From: Bulinus truncatus
Taxonomy: Eukaryota
Direction of reading: 5' to 3'
Length of the DNA stretch: 64,000 bases
Assembly: GCA_021962125.1 (NCBI GenBank)
Contig: JAGDYQ010000002.1
Location: 21,050,893-21,114,892 of the forward strand
Shown here one piece after another: positions 37,063-50,505 of the stretch (within the stretch, counting starts at the first letter, position 1; each line of letters begins with the position of its first letter). The notes below the pieces were generated by a model. The model had not been told where the DNA came from, did no database searches, and saw nothing but the letters and a program-made list of their open reading frames with translations. The position numbers and the translations under genes were made by a program.

Positions 37063-38134
37063 CTGCAGAAGGAGATGGTCAGGCAATGAGGCAATCAAGT
37101 TTACAATTTATATTAGGCCTATAGATTAAAATAAAATAGCTTTCACCACAATCAGACGAACACAGATCTAACAACCTTAGATTAAACCACCACGGATCAA
37201 ACCCCGACAGATCAAACCCCCACAGATCAAATCCACATAGATCAAAATACAATATATCCGATCTGGACGTTGTGCTATCCATACGACGCATTAAATGCTG
37301 TATCTATAGAAATAGAGACATTTGACACCTTATCTGTCCCGATGTCCTCTCAGGCTTAAGGGAATTTACTTCTTCTAAAAAAGCAAAAAATAAAATCGGA
37401 ATTTAGCGTAACCATTTGCGTTAGGAAGGAAGAGCTGCATTTATTCCAATACAGTTATCTATATACATAATCGGCTAGCACAGACGGTGGTTCGACAGAC
37501 CTTCACACCGTGCGGTGTAAAGTATGTTCATGGCAATAAAAGCCACATGTCTGCACGTTACAAATACACGGCACCGTACGAGTTGAAAGCTTACATCGCT
37601 AAAAAAAAAAGTCTGAGTTCTACGTCACACCTTTGCGGAGTTAAAAAAAAACAACGCGCGTCATCGACCGTCTCTATTAAAATAGTCAGGGGAATTCCAA
37701 AATTATTGAAACTAAAAAGAGACAATGTATGTTAAATGAGGGTATGTTTGGTGCGCATTTTGTTCATCAAATAAATCTTTCTTGAATAAAAATGAAATGC
37801 TGAGAGAATTCTAAACACAACAAGGATTTCTTATTAATGAATTAAGATTTTTAAATGATATGGAGTAGTGTGCGCAAAATATGCTTAATAGTCGGGGGTT
37901 GTTTTTGTTAAGCTTCTGTACCCATAATGAGGATTATTTTCTTTGGGATGAATTATATAAAAAGCCATTTTTTGTATATAGACTGATTGTTAACGCGTTC
38001 AAATATATATTACCGAGTTGGTTGGAATAGGGGTGGGAATAAACCAAATGGTTGCGGAAAGGGGGAGGGGGAATCAAGCAGACGATTCAAGATGCAACAC
38101 CGCTATTTTTTAACCTCACGTATCTCTTTTTTAG

Positions 38135-38975
38135 AGCATTTTCGAAAAAAAAATGCTCTATTGTCCCCGTTTTGTCTGTCTGTCTGTCTGTCTGTCCGTC
38201 ATCACCCTAGATCTCAACAACCATAAGTCCTAGACCCATGATGTATATATCATTTTGTAGGTCTTGGCCTGCCATGTGTGCAGCAAAAGTTCATTTCGCG
38301 ATCTGACCTCTGAGGGCCGTAAAAGGGGGCTTATAAAGTACCGTTTTTTACTATATAAGCTATATTAACAAAGGAGCGCCATATATCTCAGCAACCATAA
38401 GTCCTAGACCCATGATGTATATATCATTTTGTAGGTCTTGGCCTGCCATGTGTACATCAAAAGTTCATTTGACGATAGGACCTCTGAGGGCCGGGCTTCA
38501 GGGCTCCGAAGGGGCTTATATATTATATATATGGCCCCATTCTACACCTTGTACGTTCAATAACCCATTCATTTGGTACGAAATACTGCAGCAAGATTTA
38601 TTAAGAAACTCATCAAATGAAATAGTAAGCTTGTGGTCTGAGTTTAATTGAAAGTATCAGAGCTATGCAACAATTGACGGAGTTTTCGGACGATTAAATG
38701 ACTACAATTTCGAATGTTTTCAATTATGAGTCCTATTTCAGTAACCACAAACCACTTGTAGTTAGATTTAAGAGAAAATATTTTTTTTTCAAATATGAAG
38801 AAACGTCTTTATAATATTTGTTTACAGATATATGCATTACACAATTGAATTTATAAACATTTCCAAAATTTACAAATATTTACTGAAAGCTAACAAACGT
38901 ACTGATACATAACATGAAAATGCGCTAACACGTCCTGTGTCCAGAATGGAACAGGCTTAATTGCTTGTTTTTAAA
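38135..38975 (+). mobile_element. Interspersed repeat family A, copy 2, located between the VMAT 3' end and exon 14.
   Basis: Homologous to 9805-10650 with the same internal duplication (atctcaacaaccataagtcctagacccatgatgtatatatcattttgtaggtcttggcctgcca present twice). Confidence 0.75.
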
Positions 38976-39485
38976 TACATCATGTTATAAAAAAAAGAAC
39001 TGTTGGAATGGGGGTGTAGGGTTGGTAAAAGAGTGTTTAACCGGGGGGGGGAGGTAGGGAGAAGTGTCACGTGGTATTGTTAACAGGGTGAACATGCAAT
39101 TGAAATGCCACTTTTTGTAATTTTGTACATTGAGACCCACTGCGATTCGGGCATGTCTTGAGTGGAAGGGGGGTGGCGGGCGGGGGAGGGAGGGAGGGAA
39201 GGATGGTCCTTTAAAATATTATGATTCAATTAAGATTAGTCAATGATATGGTGTTGTGAGCACATCACCATTTTCAACTCCAACTGCGTGCCTAATAGCC
39301 GGTCCGGGTATCGGGCCTGTTCAGCTAGTTATATTATAAGGACTCATAACAGTTACTGTCATTTAGTACGTATTGGTGATATACGGAGAAGGTTTAATGT
39401 TGACATCTGTTTGTGGCTGCAGGGCCAATGCAAGGATGAGCGTAAGTTGAGCTGCACACAAAATGTAGTAAGTGAAAATACTCAC

Positions 39486-39573
39486 CATTTTCTCCTCTTT
39501 CGCCGGCGGATTTCTCAAGAAATACAGCAAAGGGGCGTAAATCAAGTTAACTATGGCGATAATCCACAGCATC
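39486..39573 (-). CDS. VMAT: VMAT-like exon 14 (..[29 protein letters not shown]).
   Basis: Acceptor ccttcacag and donor ATG|gtgagt. It matches VMAT [29 protein letters not shown]. Confidence 0.8.
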
Positions 39574-39664
39574 CTGTGAAGGAACGATAACTCTGTTATG
39601 AAACTATTTGTGAAAATGACCAACTGAGCAATCCTCAAACTAACATAGAAACGTCTTTGACTAC

Positions 39665-39995
<331 letters not shown>

Positions 39996-40262
39996 TCTAT
40001 CTAATCTACCTATAATATCTATCTAATCTATCTATTTTATCTATCTATCAAATCTATCAAATCTATCTATCTAATCTACCAATCTAATCTATCTATCTAA
40101 TCTATCTATCTTATCTATATATCTAATCTATCTATCTAATCCATCTATCTTATCTATATATCTAATCTATCTATCTAATCTATCTATCTTATCTATATAT
40201 CTAATCTATCTAATCTGTCTATATAATATAATCTATCTCTATCTCTCTACTGTAAAACTTGC

Positions 40263-40308
40263 CAGTGAAATCCAATAGTAGAGACAATAGTTCCACTCAG
40301 CGAAGGGC
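40263..40308 (-). CDS. VMAT: VMAT-like exon 13 (PSLSGTIVSTIGFHW). It is followed by a non-canonical GC-AG intron.
   Basis: Acceptor tttcacag. It matches VMAT PSAGGAIAKAIGFPW. The only donor that keeps the frame is TG|GCAAGT, the classic GC-donor consensus. Confidence 0.65.
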
Positions 40309-40689
40309 CTGTGAAAGACAACAGTACAAGTCTATATGTGGCAGCTAAATCACAACCAACCAGCATCAAAAGATAAACGGACAATTTTTGAGTGTTCAAT
40401 TCCCCAGAAGAGATTTACTATTACTGCCAGTAAAGCAGGAGTAAGCAGTTAGGTTTAAAATATTTCGCGTGTTGTCCGTATTTCATTTTTTATTCGCAGT
40501 TATTTATATTGAACACAAGAATCTATCCTTAATTCCCAACCCTCACACAATCCCCAATTATACCTCCCACCCCCCTCACCCCCTCCAAGTTGAGGCTATG
40601 TATATAATTGACATAAACATGTAACACTAATGCCACATTAACAACACTAAGTTTTAAAATATATATAAATCAACATGAACAGCAACATA

Positions 40690-40815
40690 TATGTGTGGGG
40701 GAAGGGGTGGGGAGCGTTTTGTCTGGCCCCCCACTCTGCTTGTTTGCTCTACTTAGTAACATTTATTTCCTGCCCCCTCCCTGCTATTGGCCTGGCCCCT
40801 GCTGGTGGGGAGGGA
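40690..40815. mobile_element. Interspersed repeat family C, copy 2 (partial), in the VMAT intron between exons 12 and 13.
   Basis: Shares tgctctacttagtaacatttatttcctgcccc..ctgctattggcctggcccctgctg with the other two copies. Confidence 0.6.
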
Positions 40816-40878
40816 GAAGAAGGAGGAAACCATCACACGGAGTTTAAAAATAAAAACCATGGCTGAGGCCGGACTTAC

Positions 40879-40998
40879 CAACTGCGAAGCCCAAACAGAA
40901 AGCGACGTCAGCGATGGCGTAGACGCTACCGTAGACAGACACGTGACGTAGATCTACCAGGTAGCCCATGTGGGGCATCATGGCAGAGTCCACCATAC
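40879..40998 (-). CDS. VMAT: VMAT-like exon 12 ([39 protein letters not shown]).
   Basis: Acceptor cttcaccag and donor gtaagt. It is near-identical to [44 protein letters not shown]. Confidence 0.85.
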
Positions 40999-41816
40999 CT
41001 GGTGAAGAGTTAAGAATGATATCGTAGCATCGTGGTTATGTAAGATACGATGTATCCTTTGAATCTGAACGCCAAAGTCTGCTGAATCCGCTATTTTTCT
41101 ATAACCCTGCAGCCCCCCTCCCCCCCCCCCCCCCCAAGTTTTCCAAACAACGGTCTGTGACGCATTTACACATCAATCCGTCTCGAAGATCCACATTCCC
41201 GTCTTCATCGTTTAAAAAAAGCCGACGGATTCAAACCCCATGATCAAATTTATACCTATGCCAATTGCTGCTAGCATCATGAAAACATCTGAGTAAAAAA
41301 AATTAAATATAAAATAACCCGCATACAATTTTACAATGGAAATAAAAAATAAATTATGTTGGGCCTAAAACAAAACTGTAGATTAAAGGTAAACATTAAA
41401 AAGCGGTTAAAACTTTAAAAAAGTAATTTATGGCGGGAATGAAGGCCAAAAGGCACTTATACAGCTTTATGTACGAACTAGATCAAAGGCCCGGTACCCG
41501 GACCGGCCAGTATTATTTTTTAGCCAAGCAAGAGTTAACTCCCCTTGAGTGAGACCAAAATTTTGGAATTCCCCAGTCTATTTTTAGCCGCGGAAGTTAT
41601 ACACACGCTCGCCCGTACGTACGCCAGGCTAGACGATTATGTATTAGATTTCAGATCAAGTCCAGCATTAAGATACTAATTATGTCTATGAATTTTATTA
41701 AGATATAAGAGGCGAACACACACACACACACACATAAAAAAACATATGTACACGCACATACCTATATAAATCAGGAAAGTACTAACTTACTGTGTTACTA
41801 CTTACCAATAGCGAAA

Positions 41817-41880
41817 CCCATTCCAAAGTTTGGGGCTATCAGATGACCAATATTCTTTGAAAATGGGAGCTGTGAAAACA
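41817..41880 (-). CDS. VMAT: VMAT-like exon 11 (LPFSKNIGHLIAPNFGMGFAIG).
   Basis: Acceptor ttttcacag and donor gtaagt. It matches VMAT [22 protein letters not shown]. Confidence 0.8.
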
Positions 41881-41918
41881 TATAAAGCATATAAAGTATA
41901 TGCATATACATTATGAGC

Positions 41919-42115
41919 TTATAAAAGATAAACATATAAAATGTAACCATATAAAATAAATGTAGCCATATAAAGTGTAACCATATAAAGTGTAACCATA
42001 TAAAATGTAACCATATAAAGTGTAACCACATAAAGTGTAACCATATAAAATGTAACCATATAAAGTGTAACCATATAAAGTGTAACCATATAAAATGTAA
42101 CCATAAGGAGATGAA
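41919..42115. repeat. Tandem repeat of 13-bp units (gtaaccatataaa with a/g variants), about 15 copies, in the VMAT intron between exons 10 and 11.
   Basis: Direct tandem copies. Confidence 0.9.
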
Positions 42116-42448
42116 TCTTCGTTAAGGTTGATGTCGGCTGAGGTATCAATTAATTTAATGGATTCCCATCATGCATAGTATATAGTTGACAAATCATTGT
42201 TGTTACATAAAATACTTATATTAAATTATGTGCAATAGTTTCCATTATCTTTACGACCGTGAAGCTGCTTGTCATCATTCTCTTATAATTAGATAGCGGC
42301 AGGTTAATTGAGGTGGATATTAGAAACGAATGAAAAAAAAAACATTCACACTAACTGACCATTCGGACTTATAAATGATACCGCAAGCTAAATAAGGGTG
42401 TGTGTGTGTGTGTGATACCTGAGGAAGGAAAAGTGACACTTTACTTAC

Positions 42449-42500
42449 CGCAAAACAACAAATTGATATGATGAACATTCCTATCATGGCGCTTAACCAC
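42449..42500 (-). CDS. VMAT: VMAT-like exon 10 (WLSAMIGMFIISICCFA).
   Basis: Acceptor ccccag and donor gtaagt. It matches VMAT [21 protein letters not shown]. Confidence 0.75.
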
Positions 42501-43649
42501 CTGGGGAAACAAAAAATGGACAATGGTCAACAGGTCCAGTCTGTTGTCTGTTTTCCGACAGTCTGTGTGTCTGATCATTGTCTGTCTAAATTTATAATTG
42601 TATAAACTTTAAAACAACGCGATGAAAATTGTAGAGTGAAAATAAATTATTACAATTTACAAAAACCAAATTGTTAACAAAGATATCAATGAAATATTAA
42701 TTATAATACAGTGGGTATTCGGTTAACGAACTTTATCCTTCCACAATTATGTTCGCTATCCGAATCGTTCGTTAACCGATCATCGATTTACCATATATGT
42801 TAATGGAAATTCCATCAATTCGTTCTACAGATCCTACAAATTTAATTTTTTTTTTTTAAATGTCATGTACAAGTATAATTTTTTAAGTAAGTTTATTTAT
42901 TACAAATTTAATACATACGCACAACAAATTGAGGACTGGTGTCGGGTGTTCCGAGAGCCAAGAGGTTTTCGTAAAAATTACAAACAGCTCCTGACTTATG
43001 CAAGTTCAACATTCGTAAATTCGGACTAACGTAAAAAAAACAAAAATCTCTCGCGGAACTTGGATGTCAACAGGATGTGGGGGTGTTAGTTTACACATCG
43101 ACAGATGGCCAGGCGCGCCGAGAGGGTGGGGGTCAGGGGGTCATTGCCAGAGGGCCCGCATCTGTAAGGGGGCACGACCGCCCCGACGATGTCCATTTTT
43201 TCACGACTCATTGTTTATTAAGAGGCCCGCAATGATGTCCTGCCCTGAGACACTTGTCGCCTCTCGGCGCCTCTGCACATGGCGACCGCTCAACACTAGC
43301 GGCTCCAGGCCACAACAACGGGTTTTTATTTGAGGTTTTCCGCCTTTTCGTTTGAAGTTAAACGTTGAAAGAAATGACTCAAGCGTTCCTAGAAATAAAC
43401 TCGGCTTCCGTGCGACTTGAACTAATGGATCCTAACACTTCCCGCTTTTTGAACGTTCAGAGAAAAGTAGAAGACAGACTGTCTGTAGTTTTTGTTCGTT
43501 ATCCGAATATTGTTCGTTGTCCGAACACAAAAAGCTTTCATGAAAGTGTTCGTTGTCCGATTCGTTCGCTGTCCGAAAAGTTCGTTAACCGAATACCCAC
43601 TGTATAGAAATAATATTGAATTTTGCAAGAATTTTAACACAATATAGTC

Positions 43650-43739
<90 letters not shown>

Positions 43740-43740
43740 C
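43650..43740. repeat. (CTAT)n microsatellite of about 22 units, in the VMAT intron between exons 9 and 10.
   Basis: Seen directly. Confidence 0.95.
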
Positions 43741-43779
43741 TAAATACACATATAAACGATATAATGTTTGTAATTGTAC

Positions 43780-43858
43780 CTGCCCATCTTGTGTGCCAGT
43801 GGGCCAAACAAATTTGTGCCTAAAGCGTATGAGATACTTGCAGGCAAGAAAGCGATCC
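43780..43858 (-). CDS. VMAT: VMAT-like exon 9 ([27 protein letters not shown]).
   Basis: Acceptor tttccag and donor gtacaa. It matches [31 protein letters not shown]. Confidence 0.8.
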
Positions 43859-44949
43859 CTGGAAATGAAACACAAATAAAATATTACAATCTTTCAAGAA
43901 TTTTAATTAATTAAGATGACAAGATGACCAATATTAACTTTTAACCCTAACTATTAGTGTTACATTTATTGTTTGTCCAACTGTAGAATAGCTAACATTT
44001 TATCAGACGTCTATATGTAACAGTAATAAAGGGAAATAAATATAGAAAAATTGAAAATCGTGGATAACTTTCCCTTCATTCAAAACCACATAATGGATTA
44101 CTTTAGAGAAGAAGGTGTAACTTTGGCCGTAAGTGGATTGTATGACCGGTCAGTAAGGCTCAAGGAATCCAATCTCAGCAGACCCTTTTTTGCAATCCTG
44201 CAGCTGTCACAGATAGGGGTGCCCCGCCCCCCCCCCCCTCAAAGTGCATTCACTGTCACTACAACCATCGGGAGTGTAACAAATGAAGAGATTTGGAGCA
44301 TAGCGGTCTCTTTATATATCGTTTTCCCATTCGTGTTCCATTTAGCTCCTGAGGGAAGCACTGGATCTCAACAGAGTCGAGCAGGGCACGTTGAGAGACA
44401 GTCTTCTTGAGTTGGGGAGGTATGGGGGGATGGGGGGAATGGGGTCTATGACGTTCTTGCCTTTCACGTTCAGTAATTCTTCTTCAAGTTTGTTTCGTCA
44501 TCGCTGCGCATATTGCTGATGCTGTCCACAGATCCCATACCCTCTGTCAAAACTACCAGCAACCTGCGTTATTTTAGCTTTTGTTTGGAAGGGGCAAGAA
44601 AGGAAGGCCTAATGTTATAGCGGAGGAGACTGGCCGTTAGATTAAACACGTAATTGCACCATTTACTAATTTTTAGAGCTTGAAAGGTAATTCTCAACTG
44701 CAGCGTTTTACTAACTAGAATGATAACAATATCAAGTGATGCATTTATCGCACTTATATAAATACCAAGTATATTTTTTAAATTGATTGATGTTCTAAAA
44801 CGTACTTTTTTTATTCAATGTTCTATACTTAGTCCTGTCGGAGATGGGCGCCACCAAGTCTATGAGCCCACAGAAAGGACGTAAGCAACCATATTTCCCC
44901 CCCCCCCCCCAATGACCGTATCGGTTAAGTAAAAAAGTAAAGTTCCCTT

Positions 44950-45220
44950 AACCTTACCGGGCTATATGGGCAGATGATGTGTAGAATTTATCTGTTTCTA
45001 TAACCACTGCATATGAAGTGATTTTGTTGTTAACACAACGCCCAGCCGCCTTTGCTTCCCCAACTTAAATCTGGTACACATTAAAAGCTGGGCGGACTTG
45101 TGGGAAGACTTTGCACCAAATAACAGCTGGACAAATTCCATGGGTCTCACCGAGAATCGAACCCATGACTCTCAGGTCGACGGTCGAGTATCTATACCAC
45201 TCGACCATCCGTCCCACTAA
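44950..45220 (-). mobile_element. tRNA-derived SINE, copy 2, in the VMAT intron between exons 8 and 9. It has the tRNA-like head gggacggatggtcgagtggtatagatactcgaccgtcgacctgagagtcatgggttcgattctcggtgagaccc.
   Basis: A and B box-like motifs (TGGTATAGATAC and GGTTCGATTCTC) are present. It is homologous to the copy at 22130-22390. Confidence 0.7.
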
Positions 45221-46118
45221 TATCGGTTAAGGGTTAAACAAAAAGGTTATTGACAATCGCACACACACACACACACACAGACTTATGCATAGCCCCTTAT
45301 CTCAAATATCTTAGGGCCTTAGCAAGTCTAAATCTGGCCCTGATAACACAGAGATGTTTGTGATGCATCGATCAAACAAGAAAATCAAACTGCCATATCA
45401 TTATACACCTGTTCTCGTCTACTCATCTCTGTCTCAAGTTTGTCAACAATGGCATAGAAAGCAGTTATACGAAATTTGTCTCTGATATTCAGAGATATCT
45501 CAGTGGCATCACCATCAATGACCACTTTCTTTCGTTTCCGATTACGGATCAAAGTTGACTTATAATCTACACCTGGTTCTATTTCTTTCGCAGCTTTTTG
45601 AAATATTTTAAATGTAAAGTAGTTCTAAGCCGTTATACAAATGTACAGTCATTCAATGTCACGTCGATAAATTAGCACTATTCACAGTTGTTTTCACTAG
45701 ATGACTAAAATGGAAGTGCGTTTGTCGCTACGCATCAGTGCATTACGTAGCACAAACGTATCCTAAAAAAGTAATAAAAAAGAGCGCAAAAATACTCCAA
45801 GAAAAATAGCGAAAAGACTGCGTGGGAGGTATTTTTACCACCAGGTTGTGGGACCAAGGTTAAATGATGTGCGATTCAATATTACATTTGCGATTTGAAA
45901 ATGTCACGTAGATTACGCGCGGCTACCGGGACAACATACGTATTTTTATTGAGGACATGTGGTGCCCCCCCCCCTCCTCCCCCCCCCAACGCTTGGTGCC
46001 ATAGGCACGTGCCTTGTTTGCCTAATGGTTAATCCAGGCCTGCACACACACACATACAAACATACAGGTGTCACTCAAAAGCTGCAAGTAAACTAACACG
46101 TCCATTACGCCCCCTCAC

Positions 46119-46214
46119 CTTGCTGCCACTCGGAAGAATGCATGGTCTTATACATCCAGATGGGTAGAGATGGTTCCATCATTGCGATGCCCATGTTTCC
46201 AAATGTGATGGAGC
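46119..46214 (-). CDS. VMAT: VMAT-like exon 8 ([32 protein letters not shown]).
   Basis: Acceptor ctag and donor gtgagg. It matches VMAT [32 protein letters not shown]. Confidence 0.8.
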
Positions 46215-46373
46215 CTAGAGGGTTATGGTAGAAAATAAAATAAAACAAAAAAAAAACATAACAATAACATATAAAAGTGACGTAAAGCTGGGGTAACCAA
46301 TCGAGGGTGTACTAGTGTGACCAATAGAGGTTGTACTAATGTAACCCCAGTTACTACAAATGTATCACTTTAC

Positions 46374-46475
46374 CTGCACACAAAAGAATATATGGGTCCC
46401 GCAGCAATTCTTTGAAGGCGGTACCTTCTTGTGACTCTGGTTTGACTGACGGCTGAAGAGCCAATAGCTGCAGGC
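46374..46475 (-). CDS. VMAT: VMAT-like exon 7 ([34 protein letters not shown]).
   Basis: Acceptor ctgtctag and donor gtaaag. It matches VMAT [35 protein letters not shown]. Confidence 0.8.
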
Positions 46476-48775
46476 CTAGACAGGAATGTAAACAGATATT
46501 ACATCTTCATGTTTCATGCAAAAATCATTACCAGAGGCGGATATAAGGGCGTGCGCACCAGGAATGTGGCGACTTTTGGAGGGCCCACATAGAGCCCAGT
46601 TTAATACACCCTTTTTTTTAGATGCCTATCTCTCTTTTAAAGAAACCACTATTTTCATTCTACGGCCGGAGCATCAACAGACCTAAATCCGCCTTTGACA
46701 AGTAAATTGTAATTCATTCAAATTTCACCAAACGGTTTAAACTGCGCTTCATTCAAATCACAGCAGCAGATAAAATTACGAAGAGTATGCTGGTTAATCC
46801 ACGGTCAATGCATGTTTTTATAACCTTGTAATAAAATCTACTGATTCACGTACCATGATAATTAGCTTTAGGCTACTACATTAGATCCCTACCCCTAATA
46901 CACAAACATACACACAAACGCAGCAGTAAAGAGACTAATTAATTCATAATACTTTGTTTTTTTTCAGTCCATAATTCAATTTAAAAGTTTGTATTATCTA
47001 AAAATACTTCGGCCTTGCTGGGCTTAAAAAGTTGGTTTCTTTTTTCATTTCTAACAATGCCGTCGGATGTTGGCGGGAAAATGTAGTACACTATACTCGA
47101 ATTGAACTAAGTACTTCTAATTTATTTTTTTTTTAAATAAATAAACTATTGTAATTAACATTTCTCATTTAGTTTGTTGATTTATTGAAGATTATCATTT
47201 TAGCGTCGGTCATAATTTTAAGTCTTAGCAACATTATTTACGCATGCGCAGCAATGGAGTAAGCAAAATAATTATACAATGAGCCCAACATTGTCTCAAA
47301 GCGGCTTTTACTTTGGGTCCACCGATAATTTCATTATATTCTTTCATTAAATATTTAGTTCGACTGTCTATTTTGCAGCTCTGTATGTATTTTTTATTCT
47401 ATATAGTTAATGGAATACGTCTCTCTTCAAATTTATGCGTGAATATCTCAGTAAAAGCCCACCAGAAAATGGCGACACATTCATATGAAAGACCTTAGTT
47501 CTCTCGTTATCAAACGCGTTTAAAATAGAAAACATTGCATGCAATTCGTACCCAGTGATGTTAAAAATAAACTGTTCTGTTTGTCAGGAGGATATTCTCA
47601 AAAAAAAAAAATAAACTTTGTGTCACAACTGGCTTCTAATTTTACAACAGCATTCATTGCATGACAGACGTTCGTTATCCGTGCATCGCTTTCAGCTAAA
47701 TTTAAGTGGCGCGCTACGAAATTTTTTTTTTCTTTTTGTTCTCCACTGTTCAAGCTATCGGGATTCAAAGCTGGCAGATTTATCGACTTATTTATAGGTG
47801 ATCGCCCCCTCCATTCAGTGTTCAATCGATCTGTGTTGACACATTTATTGCATGCAAAGGACTAAACACTTACTAGTAAAAATAAAAATACCGTACACAA
47901 CCAACAACTTAACCTCTTGAACTAGGAACAATAACTCAAGTGCCTCTCGAACAAAGAACAATAGCCCTGCACTGTTGCATATGGCGTGAGAATGCATACA
48001 ATTCCAAATAAATCATTAAATAGTTTGCTCATAAATGTATTTCTATACAACAAAATGACAACTCAAAATATTGCCAAATGAACAAACAAAAATATAGGGT
48101 GTTAAAAATAAGTTTTTTTTAGGCTCGAGGCTTACGGCTTAAGGCTTTGTCAGCCTCAAAGGTAAATTCGGCCTTGGGTTGAATAAAGTTTACAAACAGG
48201 TAATGCAAGGTATGCAATTTAAAAATACATTAAAAAAAAAAAAGCGCGACCTATGCACCGGCTGGAGTTAAGTTTCTTTACTTAAGGGTACTTTTTTGCA
48301 GTGGCGTCACCGGGATCGGGGGGGGGGGGGCGGGGCGCCCGCAGATCATTTCAAAAATTGGGTGCGGCCAAAATAATTATTCCCCCTGTCGTGGAAGTCT
48401 TTAAATCCACGGGAATCCCCCCCCCCCCCACCGCGCCAGTGGCACCTTGTTCATCATAAAAGAAAATTTGACATTTGAATTATTATTTTATTGAGGCGTA
48501 TAAAAACAATGAATACAACTGATTAACAAAAAATGCCTTATGAAATATGTTCAACAGAACTATATTGGTTGAACATAAAGAAGCTGCTCTAGTTTCCCCT
48601 TAAGTTTATAATTTTAAAAAAAATCGATTATTATCTGGGCTGAATATCTCGTATCGATACTCCTCTCGTGTTTTTTTTTTTTACTGTTCTATACAAAAAA
48701 AATCTGTAATCGATGCGTCTTTATATTTAAAGCATCCAGTAATCGATTTATTTACAAATAAAAAAAAATGCTCAC

Positions 48776-48865
48776 ATCCATCCAAAAATGCTAATCCAGC
48801 AAGAATGAGAAATGGCGCCTCTTTGCCTGCAAACTCATACAGAACACCGCCAAACGGGGGACCAA
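48776..48865 (-). CDS. VMAT: VMAT-like exon 6 ([30 protein letters not shown]).
   Basis: Acceptor ccacag and donor gtgagc. It matches VMAT [30 protein letters not shown]. Confidence 0.8.
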
Positions 48866-49189
48866 CTGTGGACAGAACAAAACAGTGAGAGAGAGAAACA
48901 AAAAATTCAAAATGGGAAAACCATGTTACAGCATTTGAGACTGAGGCCAGATGACATTATCGCATAAACATTTGGGGTGTAGATGACTTTTGCCTGCTCG
49001 CGCTTTCGTGCGCGCGCGTGTGTGTGAGAACGGAATGGGCTAGTATCGGACTGTGTATTGAAGGTAGTGAGTCGTTGGTGAGCGAGTACATTTTAGTCAT
49101 GTAGTGAAGGTGTGGCTGAAGAACTTGTTACGGTTAGTGATACTATAACGCAACGAATTTGAATTGATTTTGTTTTGTGTCACTCTGCA

Positions 49190-49505
49190 TGTCACGATTA
49201 GTGTCATACGTGAGGGATGTCAGTCTGTGAATGTCACGATTGGTGTCATATGTGAGGAATGTCAGTCTGTGAATGACACGATTGGTGTCATATGTGAGGG
49301 ATGTCAGTCTGTGAATGTCACGATTGGTGTCATATGTGAGGAATGTCAGTCTGTGAATGACACGATTGGTGTCATATGTGAGGGATGTCAGTCTGTGAAT
49401 GTCACGATTGGTGTCATATGTGAGGGATGTCAGTCTGTGAATGACACGATTAGTGTCATATGTGAGGGATGCCAGTCTGTGAATGACACGATTAGTGTCA
49501 TATGT
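49190..49505. repeat. Tandem repeat of roughly 62-bp units (gtcacgattggtgtcatatgtgagggatgtcagtctgtgaat), 5 copies, intronic.
   Basis: Direct tandem copies. It explains the ORF at 49164-49637. Confidence 0.9.
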
Positions 49506-49869
49506 GAGGGATGCAAAAAGGGACTTTGGGGGAGGGTAAATGACTTATTGAAAACCGGAAGTAATTTCTGCGGACTGAGATCCCCTCCTTTCTTTTTCGC
49601 TACTATTGTAAGTAATCAATCTAATAAACAGGTATAGAAGTAATCGATGCCAAAGTAAATCGATACTCCTCAAACGTATGGTTCCCCATTCTGTATTGAA
49701 TGTTATAGTTTAGATTGTACGATTATGTTTATCTTATCATGTTTTTAATTTAAATGGGGGTGAAATTAAATATAAAGTGGAAAAAAAGTTAGATTTATTT
49801 CATTTTATTAAGGGTCTTAAACAGAGTAATAAATTCAGGCTAAAATACCTGTCGAAGTCGCGAAAACCA

Positions 49870-50505
49870 TCATATATGACAATAGTTCCTATATGACAAT
49901 AGTTCCTATTTGAAATTAGTTTCTATTTGACAACAGTTCCTATTTGATTATAGTTCCTATTTGACAATAGTTCCTATATGACAATAGTTCCTATTTGAAA
50001 ATAGTTTCTATTTGACAATAGTTCCTATTTGACTATAGTTCCTATTTGACAATAGTTCCTATTTGACAATAGTTCCTATTTGAAAATAGTTTATATTTGA
50101 CAATAGTTCCTATTTGAAAATAGTTTATATTTGACAATAGTTCCTATTTGACTATAGTTCCTATTTGACAATAGTTCCTATTTGACAATAGTTCCTATTT
50201 GAAAATAGTTTATATTTGACAATAGTTCCTATTTGAAAATAGTTTATATTTGACAATAGTTCCTATTTTATTATAGTTCCTATTTGACAATAGTTCCTAT
50301 ATGACAATAGTTCCTATTTGAAAATAGTTTATATTTGACAATAGTTCCTATTTGCAAATAGTTTATATTTGACAATAGTTCCTATTTGAAAATAGTTTAT
50401 ATTTGACAATAGTTCCTATTTGATTATAGTTCCTATTTGACAATAGTTCCTATTTGACAGAAGCTGTTAATTGACAATAGTTTCTATTTGACAATAGTTT
50501 CTGCT
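49870..50505. repeat. Minisatellite of about 37 copies of a roughly 17-bp unit (caatagttcctatttga, alternating with aaatagtttatatttga).
   Basis: Direct tandem copies with no unique spacers. Confidence 0.9.

Noticed and set aside
39363-39638. Read-through extension of VMAT exon 14 into the downstream sequence (..EEKMVSIFTYYILCAAQ..).
   Set aside because: A strong gtgagt donor follows EEKM, and a phase-0 acceptor at 37062 yields a conserved acidic VMAT-type C-terminal tail. Splicing is more plausible than read-through.
45135-45215. A tRNA-like sequence that might be a bona fide tRNA gene (and its relative at 22300-22385).
   Set aside because: The acceptor stem pairs imperfectly. It is continuous with a SINE body of about 180 bp shared between two loci, so it is a SINE head and not a functional tRNA gene.
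49870-50505. A regular array of 17-bp direct repeats that could be mistaken for a CRISPR array.
   Set aside because: The units are contiguous with no unique spacers, and the context is a eukaryotic intron. It is a minisatellite, as are the other regular arrays in the window.
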